Of a stretch of 64,000 bases of DNA, positions 30,362 to 40,233 are shown piece by piece. The notes beneath the pieces are model-generated. The model was given only the letters and a program-made list of their open reading frames with translations. It searched no databases and was not told the origin of the DNA. Positions within the stretch are counted from its first letter, which is position 1. Each line of letters begins with the position of its first letter. The position numbers and the translations under genes were made by a program. Source of the stretch: a virus; the IMG/VR virus record IMGVR_UViG_3300034198_006385, positions 1-64,000 of that record. One strand, written 5' to 3'.

Positions 30362-30982
30362 TTATTTCTCCATATAATTTGTATAATTAGTATCTTCTGT
30401 ATATTTGAATTTTTGTATTGCTACATTTTTATATATGTCCGTTTCCACCCTAATAAAAGGTTTATACTTAATTAATTTTTGGTAAATATCAGGCCAAATA
30501 ATGTCATCCTGAATTTTACCATTAATAACACTGAGAAAATTCGTCAATCTATCAATAATAATGACGGTTTCAGGTGTTATTTTTTGTTGAAGATAACAAC
30601 GTATAATTTTAGGGTAAATATCAATATCTTCTATTATCCTAAAATTATTATCAAAATCTTCATCGAATTTAGAAAGATCACTCTTAAAAGTATATAAGAG
30701 TGATTCTCTTACCTTCTGGCGTTTCTTATATACCGAATCCCCTTGTTTAGTCAAGCAATCTGTGACCCAACATTTGGAATTTTCGAAAAGATTAGCAACT
30801 ATTAATCCTTCAGGATCATTCATTTTAGACAATTTATAAAATGCATATTTGTCATTTCTTTTTTCAAATGATTCTGGTTTAAGATTAACTTTTCCTCTAT
30901 ATTTAAAATAGTCATATTTTTTATTTTTAAAATGCATTGATAAACTTGTAAATAAACAAAAAGCATCAAATGAAGTCATCAT
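30362..30982 (-). CDS. gp59: Helicase loader gp59
   Basis: HF....YDYFKY.GK, F.KR.DKY.F.KL, I..ET, KY.PF; upstream of gp32. Confidence 0.9.
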   Translation of the reverse strand: MMTSFDAFCLFTSLSMHFKNKKYDYFKYRGKVNLKPESFEKRNDKYAFYKLSKMNDPEGLIVANLFENSKCWVTDCLTKQGDSVYKKRQKVRESLLYTFKSDLSKFDEDFDNNFRIIEDIDIYPKIIRCYLQQKITPETVIIIDRLTNFLSVINGKIQDDIIWPDIYQKLIKYKPFIRVETDIYKNVAIQKFKYTEDTNYTNYMEK

Positions 30983-31197
30983 TTCACCAATTTTAATTTT
31001 TTCGCTTCTTCTTTTATTTCAGTAAAAAATATTTTATCACTTTGTATAATATCAGCAATAAAATATGGATCAAGTTCATTTCTTTCCATATAATGATTAA
31101 TAGCATCCATTAATAATATCTGATTACTTTTTGCTATATCTCTTATATTTTTAATATGTTCGTTTAATATTTTCATTATAATTTTTAATTGCCTCAA
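30979..31197 (-). CDS. gp33: Late transcription coactivator gp33-like
   Basis: MDAI.HY...N, I..EA.KL.L; position next to gp59. Confidence 0.65.
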   Translation of the reverse strand: MRQLKIIMKILNEHIKNIRDIAKSNQILLMDAINHYMERNELDPYFIADIIQSDKIFFTEIKEEAKKLKLVK

Positions 31198-31846
31198 TCA
31201 ATTGTTCAACATAATTATCTCTTTTTTCCTGAAATACATTCCCCCCGCCATCATTAAATGTCATAATAATAGTAAGATCAGTAATAGGAATACCAGTCAA
31301 TTCTTCAAACATAATACTATATGCTGTTGCTTGCATAAAATAAGTAGTAATATGTTCTTTCTTTTTTTCTTTACGTGATGTTTTATAATCAATAATAGAT
31401 TTTTTACCATTATATTTTGCGATTAAATCTGTTTTTCCGGCAACCCCAAGATAATCTGAATATAAAGATTTTTCAATAACATATACATCATCTACATTTT
31501 CGTCTAATATTTTTTTAATATATTTGAATGATAGATTAGTAATTACATCATTATTACCAAGATAATCTTCTTCATTCAATATATATCGTTCACAGGTATC
31601 GTGTAATAAGGTTCCTTTACGTGAAGCCTGTACCATAACTTTGCGGGCGTCTTGCTCGCCTACACGTTCTTTCCATTTATCAATACCATCCTTAGCTACA
31701 TGTGACATTACAGTTGTTACTGATGGATATGTTTTACCATTAGGATGATGATAAGTGCGACCAGTTTCAAGTGTTATAGATTTAACTATATCAAGTTTAC
31801 TTGTATCAAAATCAGTAATATAACGAAAATATTTAGAACGGGGCAT
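31151..31846 (-). CDS. PD-(D/E)XK exonuclease
   Basis: R.Y..P.G..YPSVTTV, GT..H...E, AG..D.I, IIDYKTS, YF.Q..AY. Confidence 0.9.
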   Translation of the reverse strand: MPRSKYFRYITDFDTSKLDIVKSITLETGRTYHHPNGKTYPSVTTVMSHVAKDGIDKWKERVGEQDARKVMVQASRKGTLLHDTCERYILNEEDYLGNNDVITNLSFKYIKKILDENVDDVYVIEKSLYSDYLGVAGKTDLIAKYNGKKSIIDYKTSRKEKKKEHITTYFMQATAYSIMFEELTGIPITDLTIIMTFNDGGGNVFQEKRDNYVEQLIEAIKNYNENIKRTY

Positions 31847-32598
31847 TAAGATAAACCCATCTTATATCTTTCTAAGATATATTCTTTAACAAATCCCGAA
31901 CGAACAATATCCTCAATTTCAAAATCAATTGTTTGAACAGATTTAATTCCATTCAATACATCCATAATTTCCGCTAAACCAGATTGTTCTGTTTTTTTAT
32001 CTTTTAAATCATCTTGTCTATAATCGCCACACATAATAAATCGTGTATTTTTACCAATACGAGTAAGAATACTATGTAATTCCATACGAGTCATATTTTG
32101 CATTTCATCAACAATAATAATTGCATCATCAAATGTCAAACCACGTACAAATGATGTAGATTGAAATTCAATAATACCTTTTGATTTTAATTGAGAATAA
32201 GCAAATTTTGTATGAAATAATTCATTACAAATATTATCATATGGCAATTCGTAAATATTAATTTTTTCCGTAATTTTTCCAGGCAAGAATCCAATATCTC
32301 TAGTAGGAACAACACTACGCACAATGATTATTTTTTTATATCGAGGATTTTCTTGAAATATTTCATCAAGAGCAAGATATAAAGAAATATAGGTTTTTCC
32401 GGTTCCTGCAACACCATGAAGAATTAAATGTTTATTATCATCAAATGCATCAAATGTTCTTTGTTGCCTTATTGTTAAGGGTTTAATTGTTTTAAGTTCA
32501 AATAATGATGATAATGATTGATTAACTGCTGTATTCGCAGATGAATTATTACGTGCTTGTTTTTTTCTTTTTGTTTTTAGTGACCGTTCTGTAGACAT
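31846..32598 (-). CDS. phoH: PhoH-like ATPase
   Basis: G.AGTGKT, RSVVP.RDIGFLPG, F.RG.TFD..IIIVDE.QN, GD..Q.D, DIVRSG. Confidence 0.95.
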   Translation of the reverse strand: MSTERSLKTKRKKQARNNSSANTAVNQSLSSLFELKTIKPLTIRQQRTFDAFDDNKHLILHGVAGTGKTYISLYLALDEIFQENPRYKKIIIVRSVVPTRDIGFLPGKITEKINIYELPYDNICNELFHTKFAYSQLKSKGIIEFQSTSFVRGLTFDDAIIIVDEMQNMTRMELHSILTRIGKNTRFIMCGDYRQDDLKDKKTEQSGLAEIMDVLNGIKSVQTIDFEIEDIVRSGFVKEYILERYKMGLS

Positions 32599-32837
32599 TA
32601 TCGAAAATTAATACCTTTCCCGCGTGAATGATGTTTTTGTACATTTTTTAATACATCACGAAAACCTTTATCAATAGTTTTAACACCAAGAGCCACAGGA
32701 TCACCCAACATAATTGGCGTTGTAAAGATTTGTTCAACATTTGGATTATACTTTAAATAATGTTCACGTTCAGAATTAGTCATAAATTCTGTCCATTCTT
32801 CACCCGTTGTATTATTTCTAAAATTATAATTAGGCAT
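32598..32837 (-). CDS. Conserved small T4-like phage protein (FmdB-like N-terminus)
   Basis: MP.Y.F.N..TGE...FM, GF.DVL; typical neighbour of phoH. Confidence 0.6.
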   Translation of the reverse strand: MPNYNFRNNTTGEEWTEFMTNSEREHYLKYNPNVEQIFTTPIMLGDPVALGVKTIDKGFRDVLKNVQKHHSRGKGINFR

Positions 32838-33174
32838 TTTCTGTTTCTTTAAAAATTGGTAAATATTCTGTAAACATGATTATTTGAGAAAGTAAATTTG
32901 TTGTTGCTACTACTGGAAATTCCATATTATTAAATGTATCTTTTGATACTACATTTTTATAAAAATTTTCAGTAATATTTTCTTTACCTTTATAAATTTC
33001 CATATATGTTACTGCCCTATATTTGTCAGTCATTCCTATACCTTCATAGGTATGAAGCAATTTAATAAAATATTCATTTGGTAAAGGAATGGTAGTAACA
33101 TATTCAGGATTTAAATCACTATTTGGTAAGTAAGGATTTTCAGCGAAAGTAATTTTCATATTCATCATTTTCAT
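32830..33174 (-). CDS. Hypothetical protein
   Basis: ORF within a tightly packed operon. Confidence 0.45.
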   Translation of the reverse strand: MKMMNMKITFAENPYLPNSDLNPEYVTTIPLPNEYFIKLLHTYEGIGMTDKYRAVTYMEIYKGKENITENFYKNVVSKDTFNNMEFPVVATTNLLSQIIMFTEYLPIFKETENA

Positions 33175-33325
33175 CGTTATCTAATCTATTATTTTTACGA
33201 TTTTGTTTTCTGCGTTCGTCTTTCCATTTATCTTTTTTTAAATTTTTATGATAATTGGAATTATCTTGATATTCATAATCATCATCGAAATATTTTCGAT
33301 TATGCTTTTTAAATGATTTACTCAT
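33140..33325 (-). CDS. Small charged hypothetical protein
   Basis: Overlapping start/stop with neighbours. Confidence 0.5.
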   Translation of the reverse strand: MSKSFKKHNRKYFDDDYEYQDNSNYHKNLKKDKWKDERRKQNRKNNRLDNDENDEYENYFR

Positions 33326-33746
33326 CTATTAAACCTGGGTATACCTTTTCAATAAATTTGCGGGTTATTTTTTTATAGGGTAATTTCTTATCCTTTATTG
33401 ATACTAGCAGTTCGGCATCATTCTTGTCAATGCTTTCTAACAGCATAATGAATAATTGTTCTCTCCGTAATTTATTTTGTGGTTGTGCCATTGCAGCATG
33501 TAAATTAGTAAACCTATCTAATTTTTTTACTTCAGAATATAACATTCCTTGTGCATCAATAAATTCAGATGGTTTATATGGAACAGTTCCACCTTTTGGA
33601 AGTAGAAATTCAATTCTTTCATCAAAACAATATTTTAATAATAATCGTATTGCTGGACTATCATTTTGATGTAAATATTTAATTCTTTTATCGGAATCAT
33701 CTATTTCATTAGCATTTTTAAAAATTTCAGAAATACTCAATCTCAT
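33318..33746 (-). CDS. Conserved T4-like phage protein
   Basis: ISEI, FD....F.LP.G..PY.P, RRE.LFI.LLE.....AELL...KDKKL. Confidence 0.7.
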   Translation of the reverse strand: MRLSISEIFKNANEIDDSDKRIKYLHQNDSPAIRLLLKYCFDERIEFLLPKGGTVPYKPSEFIDAQGMLYSEVKKLDRFTNLHAAMAQPQNKLRREQLFIMLLESIDKNDAELLVSIKDKKLPYKKITRKFIEKVYPGLIDE

Positions 33747-33839
33747 AATTATATTTTTTCCTTAGTTAATAACATTGGTTTCCTATTCATTAATAGTTAT
33801 CATTATATATTAAATATGTTTCCCTTGTGGACACTCCAC

Positions 33840-33867
33840 ATTATATCCATAATTTTGGAAATGTCAA
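33840..33867 (-). promoter_or_regulatory. Sigma70-like promoter for the phoH-gp32-sugar operon
   Basis: TTGACA-16 nt-TATAAT on the - strand. Confidence 0.7.
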
Positions 33868-33880
33868 CAAAAAAATGCGG

Positions 33881-33908
33881 TTGCATAAATTTTTTTTAGG
33901 GGTATAAT
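33881..33908 (+). promoter_or_regulatory. Sigma70-like promoter, divergent
   Basis: TTGCAT-16 nt-TATAAT, ending 6 nt before ATG 33915 (possibly leaderless). Confidence 0.5.
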
Positions 33909-33914
33909 AATAAG

Positions 33915-34496
33915 ATGAAAATAAGAATTTACAAATGTATAGACAAAGATAAAAAACAACTAATTAATTATATGGTTAATTTTTTTGGTCATGTTTTGTT
34001 CCCCGAATTAATGAATAATGATGATTATATTTTACGTATAAAATTTTCTTCAAAAGAAAAAATGATGCATAATGATTTTAAAGAAATATTTGGATTAACA
34101 CATCATTATAAAATTAAAAATAAATTGTTGAAAAAAGAAGTTGGTGTTGATTTATCAGAAGAACAAAATATTTTTATGACCACAAGAACATTGATTCATG
34201 AATTGGCTCATGTTAAACAAATATGGATTGATAATACAGAATTTCATGAAGATCATGTATTATGGAATGGAGTATTGCATTCATACGATGAGTATGATAC
34301 ATATTGGCTCTATCCTTGGGAAATAGAGGCACATGGTTATGAGACAGTTCTTTTTAATTTGTTTATAGAAAAATATTCTCTCGTAAAACAAACTTTTTCA
34401 TTACCATATATTAAAATTCTGGAAAATATTAAAAATGTCGATGACACGCGAAGAACGATTTCTGAAGGAATTGGAAAAGGTTGCGTTGGCAATTAA
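33915..34496 (+). CDS. HEXXH zinc metallopeptidase-like protein
   Basis: TLIHELAHVKQ ... YW..PWEIEA. Confidence 0.75.
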   Translation: MKIRIYKCIDKDKKQLINYMVNFFGHVLFPELMNNDDYILRIKFSSKEKMMHNDFKEIFGLTHHYKIKNKLLKKEVGVDLSEEQNIFMTTRTLIHELAHVKQIWIDNTEFHEDHVLWNGVLHSYDEYDTYWLYPWEIEAHGYETVLFNLFIEKYSLVKQTFSLPYIKILENIKNVDDTRRTISEGIGKGCVGN

Positions 34497-34857
34497 TCCT
34501 AGTTCTACTAATCGCGCACGATTGGCGGCATGTTTGGTCTATAAGAATAATATAATTTCTTATGGAATAAATCAAATGAAGAGCCATCCTTTTCAGGCAC
34601 GATTTTCTCGCAATTCAGAATCAATTTATCTTCATGCTGAAACCGATTGTATCAAGAATGCATTGCGTATAATTGATATTAATGAAATAAGTAAGTCTAC
34701 TCTTTATATTTGTAGAATTAAGTATTGTGATACTTCAAAGAAGCAATTGATTTGGGGGCTTAGTAAGCCATGCAACGGTTGTGCTAAGGCTATTGCTACC
34801 TTTAATATTAAAAATGTAGTTTATACGTGCGATAATGGTTTTTATAAATATCTATAA
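34435..34857 (+). CDS. Cytidine/deoxycytidylate deaminase-fold protein
   Basis: HAE ... SKPCNGC zinc motif. Confidence 0.8.
   Translation: MSMTREERFLKELEKVALAINPSSTNRARLAACLVYKNNIISYGINQMKSHPFQARFSRNSESIYLHAETDCIKNALRIIDINEISKSTLYICRIKYCDTSKKQLIWGLSKPCNGCAKAIATFNIKNVVYTCDNGFYKYL
34843..34850 (+). promoter_or_regulatory. T4-type late promoter
   Basis: Exact TATAAATA upstream of the structural gene at 34918. Confidence 0.6.
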
Positions 34858-34917
34858 ATTATAGATATTAATTTATTATCAAATTTTAAAGATAATAAAT
34901 TTGAAAAGGACATATTA

Positions 34918-36219
34918 ATGGCACAATTTCGTAAAGATACACATCAATATTTAAGTGATGGAAAAACTATATTTGAAGTAATGATGTTAGCCGATCAATA
35001 TGGAAATTTAGTTGGTCCCGCTAATCCATCAGGAACTTCTGTAGATGCATTTGGGCGGAATAGAATGTCTACCCCCTTAACTTTATTTGATTCTTCTTAT
35101 AGATATAGAGATAATAATCTTTGGTATACATCTAATACTGCTGGTACAACATATACATTTAATGCTAATTCTGGGTTAATGGATTTAACTCTTGATACTA
35201 CATCAAATTCTGAAATAATTAGAGAAACTACAAAAGTATTTTCATATCAACCGGGAAAATCATTATTAGTATTAAATACTTTTGTTTTTAATCCAACTAA
35301 AACTAATTTAAGACAAAGAGTTGGATATTTTGGTGCCCAAAATGGAATCTTTTTAGAACAAGATAATACAAATATTTATTTTGTTCAACGATCTTTTGTT
35401 AGTGGTAGTATAGTTGATACTAAAATATCTCAATCAAATTGGAATATTGATCCTTTAAATGGAACAGGACCATCATTATTAACATTAGATTTATCTAAAG
35501 CACAAATTTTTTGGATTGATTTAGAATGGCTTGGTGTTGGAAGTGTTAGATGTGGTTTTGTTATAGATGGTAAAATTATTCACTGCCATTCTTTTCATCA
35601 TGCCAATTTACTTACACAAACATATATTACTACTGCAAGTTTACCATTAAGATATGAAATAAAAAATACAGGAACAGTTACTAGTAATAGTAATTTAAAA
35701 CAAATTTGTTCAACTGTAATTTCAGAGGGTGGATATGAATTAAGAGGCGCGCAGCAATCTATTGGAACCGCAATAACATCCGCAAAAGCATTAGCAACTG
35801 CTGGAACATATTATCCTGTAGTATCTATTAGATTAAAATCGACACATCTTGATGGTATAGTTATATTATCTGCTATTTCTTTGCAGGGATTAGGTAATAA
35901 TACAAATTATAATTGGAGAGTTATTGCCGATGGGACAGTTACTACTGCGGCATGGACTGATGCTGGTTCGACATCTTCAGTTGAATATACATTAAGTGGA
36001 ACAGCTATTTCTGGTGGAAGAACCCTTGCTAGTGGGTATTTTAGTTCATCAACACAAAGTTCAATGCCTGTTGAAATTTTAAAAGAAGCATTATTTAAAT
36101 TTCAATTAGAAAGAAATAGTTTAACATCAACACCAGTAACATTAAGTTTAGCTGTAGCCGCTAGTGTTGATACATCTACTGTATTTGGCTCAATAGATTG
36201 GGAAGAAGTTTCAAGATAA
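34918..36219 (+). CDS. Putative virion structural protein
   Basis: DAFGR.R.S.P.TLFDS, YQPGKS, EWLGVG.VR.GF, LP.RYEI, C.TVISEGG; late promoter upstream. Confidence 0.65.
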   Translation: MAQFRKDTHQYLSDGKTIFEVMMLADQYGNLVGPANPSGTSVDAFGRNRMSTPLTLFDSSYRYRDNNLWYTSNTAGTTYTFNANSGLMDLTLDTTSNSEIIRETTKVFSYQPGKSLLVLNTFVFNPTKTNLRQRVGYFGAQNGIFLEQDNTNIYFVQRSFVSGSIVDTKISQSNWNIDPLNGTGPSLLTLDLSKAQIFWIDLEWLGVGSVRCGFVIDGKIIHCHSFHHANLLTQTYITTASLPLRYEIKNTGTVTSNSNLKQICSTVISEGGYELRGAQQSIGTAITSAKALATAGTYYPVVSIRLKSTHLDGIVILSAISLQGLGNNTNYNWRVIADGTVTTAAWTDAGSTSSVEYTLSGTAISGGRTLASGYFSSSTQSSMPVEILKEALFKFQLERNSLTSTPVTLSLAVAASVDTSTVFGSIDWEEVSR

Positions 36220-36235
36220 AAAATAGGGAAATGTT

Positions 36236-37153
36236 ATGAAAAAAATAATAAAAAATACTTCAGGTAAATATGAATTAAAAGAATATGTTTCTGAATATTT
36301 AGCAAAAGAATTAGTTAAAAAATTTTCTAAAGATGCAGTAAAAACTATTCCTAAAGAAAAACCTAGTTGGATGCCAAATCCGTTTAAACCAGTAGAACCT
36401 ACTCCTGCACCAGTTAGACCAGTAGAACCTACTCCTGCACCAGTTAGACCAGTAGAACCTTATAAACCTACCCCTCAACCAATAGAAAAACCAAAACCTA
36501 TTCCTAAAACAATAGAAGAACCAAAACCTATTCCTATTCCTATTCCTATGCCTGAACCAAGATCAGACACAAAAATTGATATACCACCAAAAGGCGGTAA
36601 TTTACCTTTTAGATGGAGACCTAAAATAAAAGGTGGAATAGATATTGATACTGATACATCTCCAGATCAAACTTTTGATAATAAAGGTATTCCAATTATT
36701 CGTGGAGATACCGCTCTCACTATTGATCCAAAAAATAAAAAATATAAAGAATCATCTTTATCTAATATTAAAAGAATTAGAACACAAAATGCCCACGAAT
36801 TATCAACAATACCCACATTTATTACACAATCATATGATCCGATTGTTCGTGGTGATACCGCACCTACTATTGATTCAAAAAATAAAACATATAAAGAAAC
36901 ATCTTTATCTAATATTAAAAGAATTAGATCACAAAATGCTATGATTTTAAATAAAAATCCACAAATAATTACACAATCATATGATCCATGTTTACAAAGT
37001 AGACCACATGAAATTGGAACAGATGATATAGTAAAAGCATATACTGAAGTAACACCTGGGCAACAATTAGAGCGACGTAAAAAATTAAAAAATTTTAGAG
37101 TATATTATGAAGAAAAATGTAAATCAATAAATAATATGAAAAAATATAAATAG
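36236..37153 (+). CDS. Proline-rich repeat protein, probable internal head protein
   Basis: PVEPTPAPVR repeats, 49-aa duplication, C-terminal EIGTD....Y...TPGQ motif. Confidence 0.55.
   Translation: MKKIIKNTSGKYELKEYVSEYLAKELVKKFSKDAVKTIPKEKPSWMPNPFKPVEPTPAPVRPVEPTPAPVRPVEPYKPTPQPIEKPKPIPKTIEEPKPIPIPIPMPEPRSDTKIDIPPKGGNLPFRWRPKIKGGIDIDTDTSPDQTFDNKGIPIIRGDTALTIDPKNKKYKESSLSNIKRIRTQNAHELSTIPTFITQSYDPIVRGDTAPTIDSKNKTYKETSLSNIKRIRSQNAMILNKNPQIITQSYDPCLQSRPHEIGTDDIVKAYTEVTPGQQLERRKKLKNFRVYYEEKCKSINNMKKYK
36388..36460 (+). repeat. 30-bp perfect tandem repeat (about 2.4 copies)
   Basis: Unit ACCAGTAGAACCTACTCCTGCACCAGTTAG, in frame. Confidence 0.95.
36694..36987 (+). repeat. 147-bp imperfect tandem duplication
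   Basis: Two copies of RGDTA..ID.KNK.YKE.SLSNIKRIR.QNA...ITQSYDP, offset by 147 nt. Confidence 0.9.
37145..37152 (+). promoter_or_regulatory. T4-type late promoter
   Basis: Exact TATAAATA 11 nt before ATG 37164. Confidence 0.5.
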
Positions 37154-37163
37154 AGGATTAACA

Positions 37164-38420
37164 ATGACACAATCATTACGAAAAAGATTAGGATTATCAG
37201 ATAGTCTTATTGAAGCAGCAGCAAAAATTAATAATAAACCTGTTGTTGATCTTGGAACTCTTGATAATGTTGAAATTGAGCCAAAACCACAAATAAAAAA
37301 GGTTCCAAAAGAACAATTATTTCAAAAACCGGCATCTACGCCTGAATCAGATGCGTCATCTTTAATTCAAAAAAGACAATTATCACAAGAAGAAACCCAA
37401 ATTAATGAATTTAAAATTACACCAAACACATTTGGTGTAATTGGTGATGTAGTAGGAAGAATGTTGCGGGGCGGGGGAATAAAACCACCATCTGGAACAA
37501 TTAAACCGCAACTTTCACCTTCTCCTAAAAATCCCCAAATTACAGATCAATCTAAAATTGATATGCCATTACCTACAAGGCCACGCGGCCAAACCGGAGA
37601 AGGTGGCCCAACAGGTTTATTTAATAGAGCACAAAATGCTATTGATAATATTCCTACTATGGAAATTAAACCATCATCTTCTCCTAAATCTCCCACTGTA
37701 ACCGGACAAGATAGCGAAGCAATTGCTCCTCCAAGTGTTGATTTAACAAAACCATTAGGAAAAGGTGGTATTGGTTCTGATGCTACCGCAGCACCAAAAG
37801 CAGCAAAAATTGCACCTAAAATTGCTACAATTACACCAAAAACACCAGAAATGTCTGCTGATGATTTAAATAAAATTTCTCTTAATTTATCAAAAGGCCA
37901 AGATACATCAACTGCCGCTGGAGATGAAAATGATCCAATGCGTGCTCAAAAAAGAGTTGCCGCAGAACGTATTAAACAAAGAATGTCAAATGCAGCTAAT
38001 GAAAATTTTGTTTATCATGCAAAATTTGGACTTGGTGAAATTTTGACTATTTCTGAAAATACATATGATGTACTTTTTGAACATGGTATTGAAAAAAATA
38101 TGCCAGAAATGGTTCTAAATTTTTTCGTAGCTGAGTCATCCGATAATGTTGTGAACCAACTTCCTGTTGGATCGAATAGCTCTTCTATTAATTATGATAC
38201 ACAAAATAATCCAGAAACAATTCAAGCAACATTGATGATGACAGCGGATAGAGCAGTTAAATTATCAATGTTGCTTAAATCAAATGTTCAAATTGAAGAT
38301 TGGATGGAAACTAAAATTTCTACTGCTTTTGACTATATAAATAGTATATTTGATTATTTAAATAATTTAAATCCCGGAAACGAAAATATAATCTTAAACC
38401 CAAAAGTAAAAGAAGATTAA
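37164..38420 (+). CDS. Low-complexity late protein, probable internal head protein
   Basis: Pro-rich linkers; H..FG.G...YDVLFEHG.E and E.WM..KI..A.DY modules; [ILV]xE sites. Confidence 0.5.
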   Translation: MTQSLRKRLGLSDSLIEAAAKINNKPVVDLGTLDNVEIEPKPQIKKVPKEQLFQKPASTPESDASSLIQKRQLSQEETQINEFKITPNTFGVIGDVVGRMLRGGGIKPPSGTIKPQLSPSPKNPQITDQSKIDMPLPTRPRGQTGEGGPTGLFNRAQNAIDNIPTMEIKPSSSPKSPTVTGQDSEAIAPPSVDLTKPLGKGGIGSDATAAPKAAKIAPKIATITPKTPEMSADDLNKISLNLSKGQDTSTAAGDENDPMRAQKRVAAERIKQRMSNAANENFVYHAKFGLGEILTISENTYDVLFEHGIEKNMPEMVLNFFVAESSDNVVNQLPVGSNSSSINYDTQNNPETIQATLMMTADRAVKLSMLLKSNVQIEDWMETKISTAFDYINSIFDYLNNLNPGNENIILNPKVKED

Positions 38421-38421
38421 C

Positions 38422-38676
38422 ATGACACAAGCCGTAGCTACCCATACAGGTAAAATTAAATCAAGTAGTCGTATTACAAAAGCATTACAAAAAGCTATTT
38501 CTAGTGATGCCGCAGTTGATTATTCATTTGAGGATGGAACCCAAGCTACTATTGAACCATCATTAGCTAAAAGGGCATTGACTTATTATGAAAAATTATC
38601 GCCATTTGAAAAAGCAAAAGTTGCCCAACAAATGCGCGCTTCATTTAAATCGTTTCTCTCAATAGCAAAAAGATAA
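38422..38676 (+). CDS. Small late protein (prohead-core-like module)
   Basis: F.DG....I.P..A..AL..Y..L; operon context. Confidence 0.4.
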   Translation: MTQAVATHTGKIKSSSRITKALQKAISSDAAVDYSFEDGTQATIEPSLAKRALTYYEKLSPFEKAKVAQQMRASFKSFLSIAKR

Positions 38677-38689
38677 GGTAAAAAACAAA

Positions 38690-39547
38690 ATGGCTCAATT
38701 TAATAAAAATGATGTAGCGTCTAATTCAGTATTATGGGCTCCGTCACAATTTAATAAAACTGCTAATTCTGCTAATAGAGATGCCTTATTTGGTAATACT
38801 ACTGTTAGTGCATTTATATCAAACAAAATTGTTGGTATGTTTGGGGTTGATACTACAGAAGCAAATGTTGCCTCTGGTAATCTTGTATCAGGCATTATTA
38901 CCTATGCGGGCACTGGTTATACAGCAAATGCTGCGGTTACATTAACAGTAACTAATGGTGGAACTAGTGGCACTGCAAATGCTACAGCTAATTCTACTGG
39001 TAAAATTTCTGCATTAAATGTTGCAGTAGCGGGCAGTGGTTATGTAACAAAACCAACTGTTGTAATTGCCGCACCTGCAAATACTACATTTAATGCAAAT
39101 ACTGCGGTAACTGCCGGTCCTGATAATGGTACAAATGGTGCAAATAGCGTAATTACTATTTCATCTGCTGGGGCATTCGTAATTGGTGATCCACTCGTAT
39201 ATCAAGTAGCAACAAATAATACAGCTATTTCTGGATTAACAAGCGGAACAACATATTATGTTCAATTTGCTAATTCTACTGTAGTTGCTCTTGCTAATTC
39301 GCCAACTGGTAGCAGAATTACATTGACTAAAGGGTTAACCGAAACAGGCCATGCATTAACAGGTGTTCAAGCAACAGGGGTTATTACTGTTGGTGGTGCT
39401 AAAAATAATGGTGTAACCCATGCTGGGTGGGTGGTAAGAACAGTCGGCACAGGCGGTCGTGCGGGTCGTGTAACATACGAAACATTAGTTGCTATGGGTT
39501 CACTTACTGGTGATGCATCTGATGATTCAATTCTTCCTGATGCCTAA
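38690..39547 (+). CDS. Virion structural protein
   Basis: FGVD..E, GSGY...PTV.IAAP, C-terminal HAGWV.RT.GTGGRAGRV..ETLVAM. Confidence 0.7.
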   Translation: MAQFNKNDVASNSVLWAPSQFNKTANSANRDALFGNTTVSAFISNKIVGMFGVDTTEANVASGNLVSGIITYAGTGYTANAAVTLTVTNGGTSGTANATANSTGKISALNVAVAGSGYVTKPTVVIAAPANTTFNANTAVTAGPDNGTNGANSVITISSAGAFVIGDPLVYQVATNNTAISGLTSGTTYYVQFANSTVVALANSPTGSRITLTKGLTETGHALTGVQATGVITVGGAKNNGVTHAGWVVRTVGTGGRAGRVTYETLVAMGSLTGDASDDSILPDA

Positions 39548-39834
39548 TGACTAAATTATCTAAGTTACCGACAACTAATAGTATTTCATCTAATGATTTT
39601 TTAGTTGCGGTAACTAACCCGAATACTCAATCCCAAACAAGTAAATTATTAGTGTCCACATTATTTTCGAATGTGGACACTATTATCGTTAATAATTTAA
39701 TTTTGGGTAATACACATATTGCAGTTAGTAATACAGAAACTAATACTAAAGGAACAATATTCTTTAGTAATACGCATTTGTATATTGCAATTTCTAACAA
39801 TGTTTTACGAAGAATCCCATTAGAAACTTTTTAA
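39547..39834 (+). CDS. Small structural/fibre-associated protein
   Basis: KLS.LP, G.I.F.N.HLYIA...N..RR..L. Confidence 0.55.
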   Translation: MTKLSKLPTTNSISSNDFLVAVTNPNTQSQTSKLLVSTLFSNVDTIIVNNLILGNTHIAVSNTETNTKGTIFFSNTHLYIAISNNVLRRIPLETF

Positions 39835-39837
39835 TTT

Positions 39838-40233
39838 ATGAATAATGAAAATTTGACTGAAAAAAATTATATTTTATATGCTGCAAAAAATTATAACAAT
39901 AATAATTGTAGTAGCACTAAAGAATTTTATGATGACTTAGAAAGAATTGTTTATTTAAAAAGAATTTTTAATAAATATAAAAAGAATGGTTTAATACAAA
40001 AAAGATTAGTATTAAACCATTTAATTGTTTTATATAATGTTTTTGATGAGGGGGCAATAACTAGAATTTTATTTTTAAAATTAAATGATCATTTATCCAT
40101 TCTCAAAACATTTTTAATATTTTTAAAAAAAGTGCCACCAATTGTGTATAATATCAATAGCATAAATATTAATACTATTGATATACAAATGGATGATCTT
40201 ATAATAACTATTCTTAGGCAAAAAGATGGATAA
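39838..40233 (+). CDS. Conserved T4-like phage protein
   Basis: L.A.KNY.N..C....EF..DL.R..Y.KR, RL.LNH.IVL.NVF. Confidence 0.75.
   Translation: MNNENLTEKNYILYAAKNYNNNNCSSTKEFYDDLERIVYLKRIFNKYKKNGLIQKRLVLNHLIVLYNVFDEGAITRILFLKLNDHLSILKTFLIFLKKVPPIVYNINSININTIDIQMDDLIITILRQKDG

Noticed and set aside
31151-31846. Cas4 or CRISPR-associated nuclease
   Set aside because: No Fe-S cysteine set, no cas context; typical exonuclease next to phoH
36388-36987. Repeats as a CRISPR array
   Set aside because: Head-to-tail in-frame coding repeats without unique spacers
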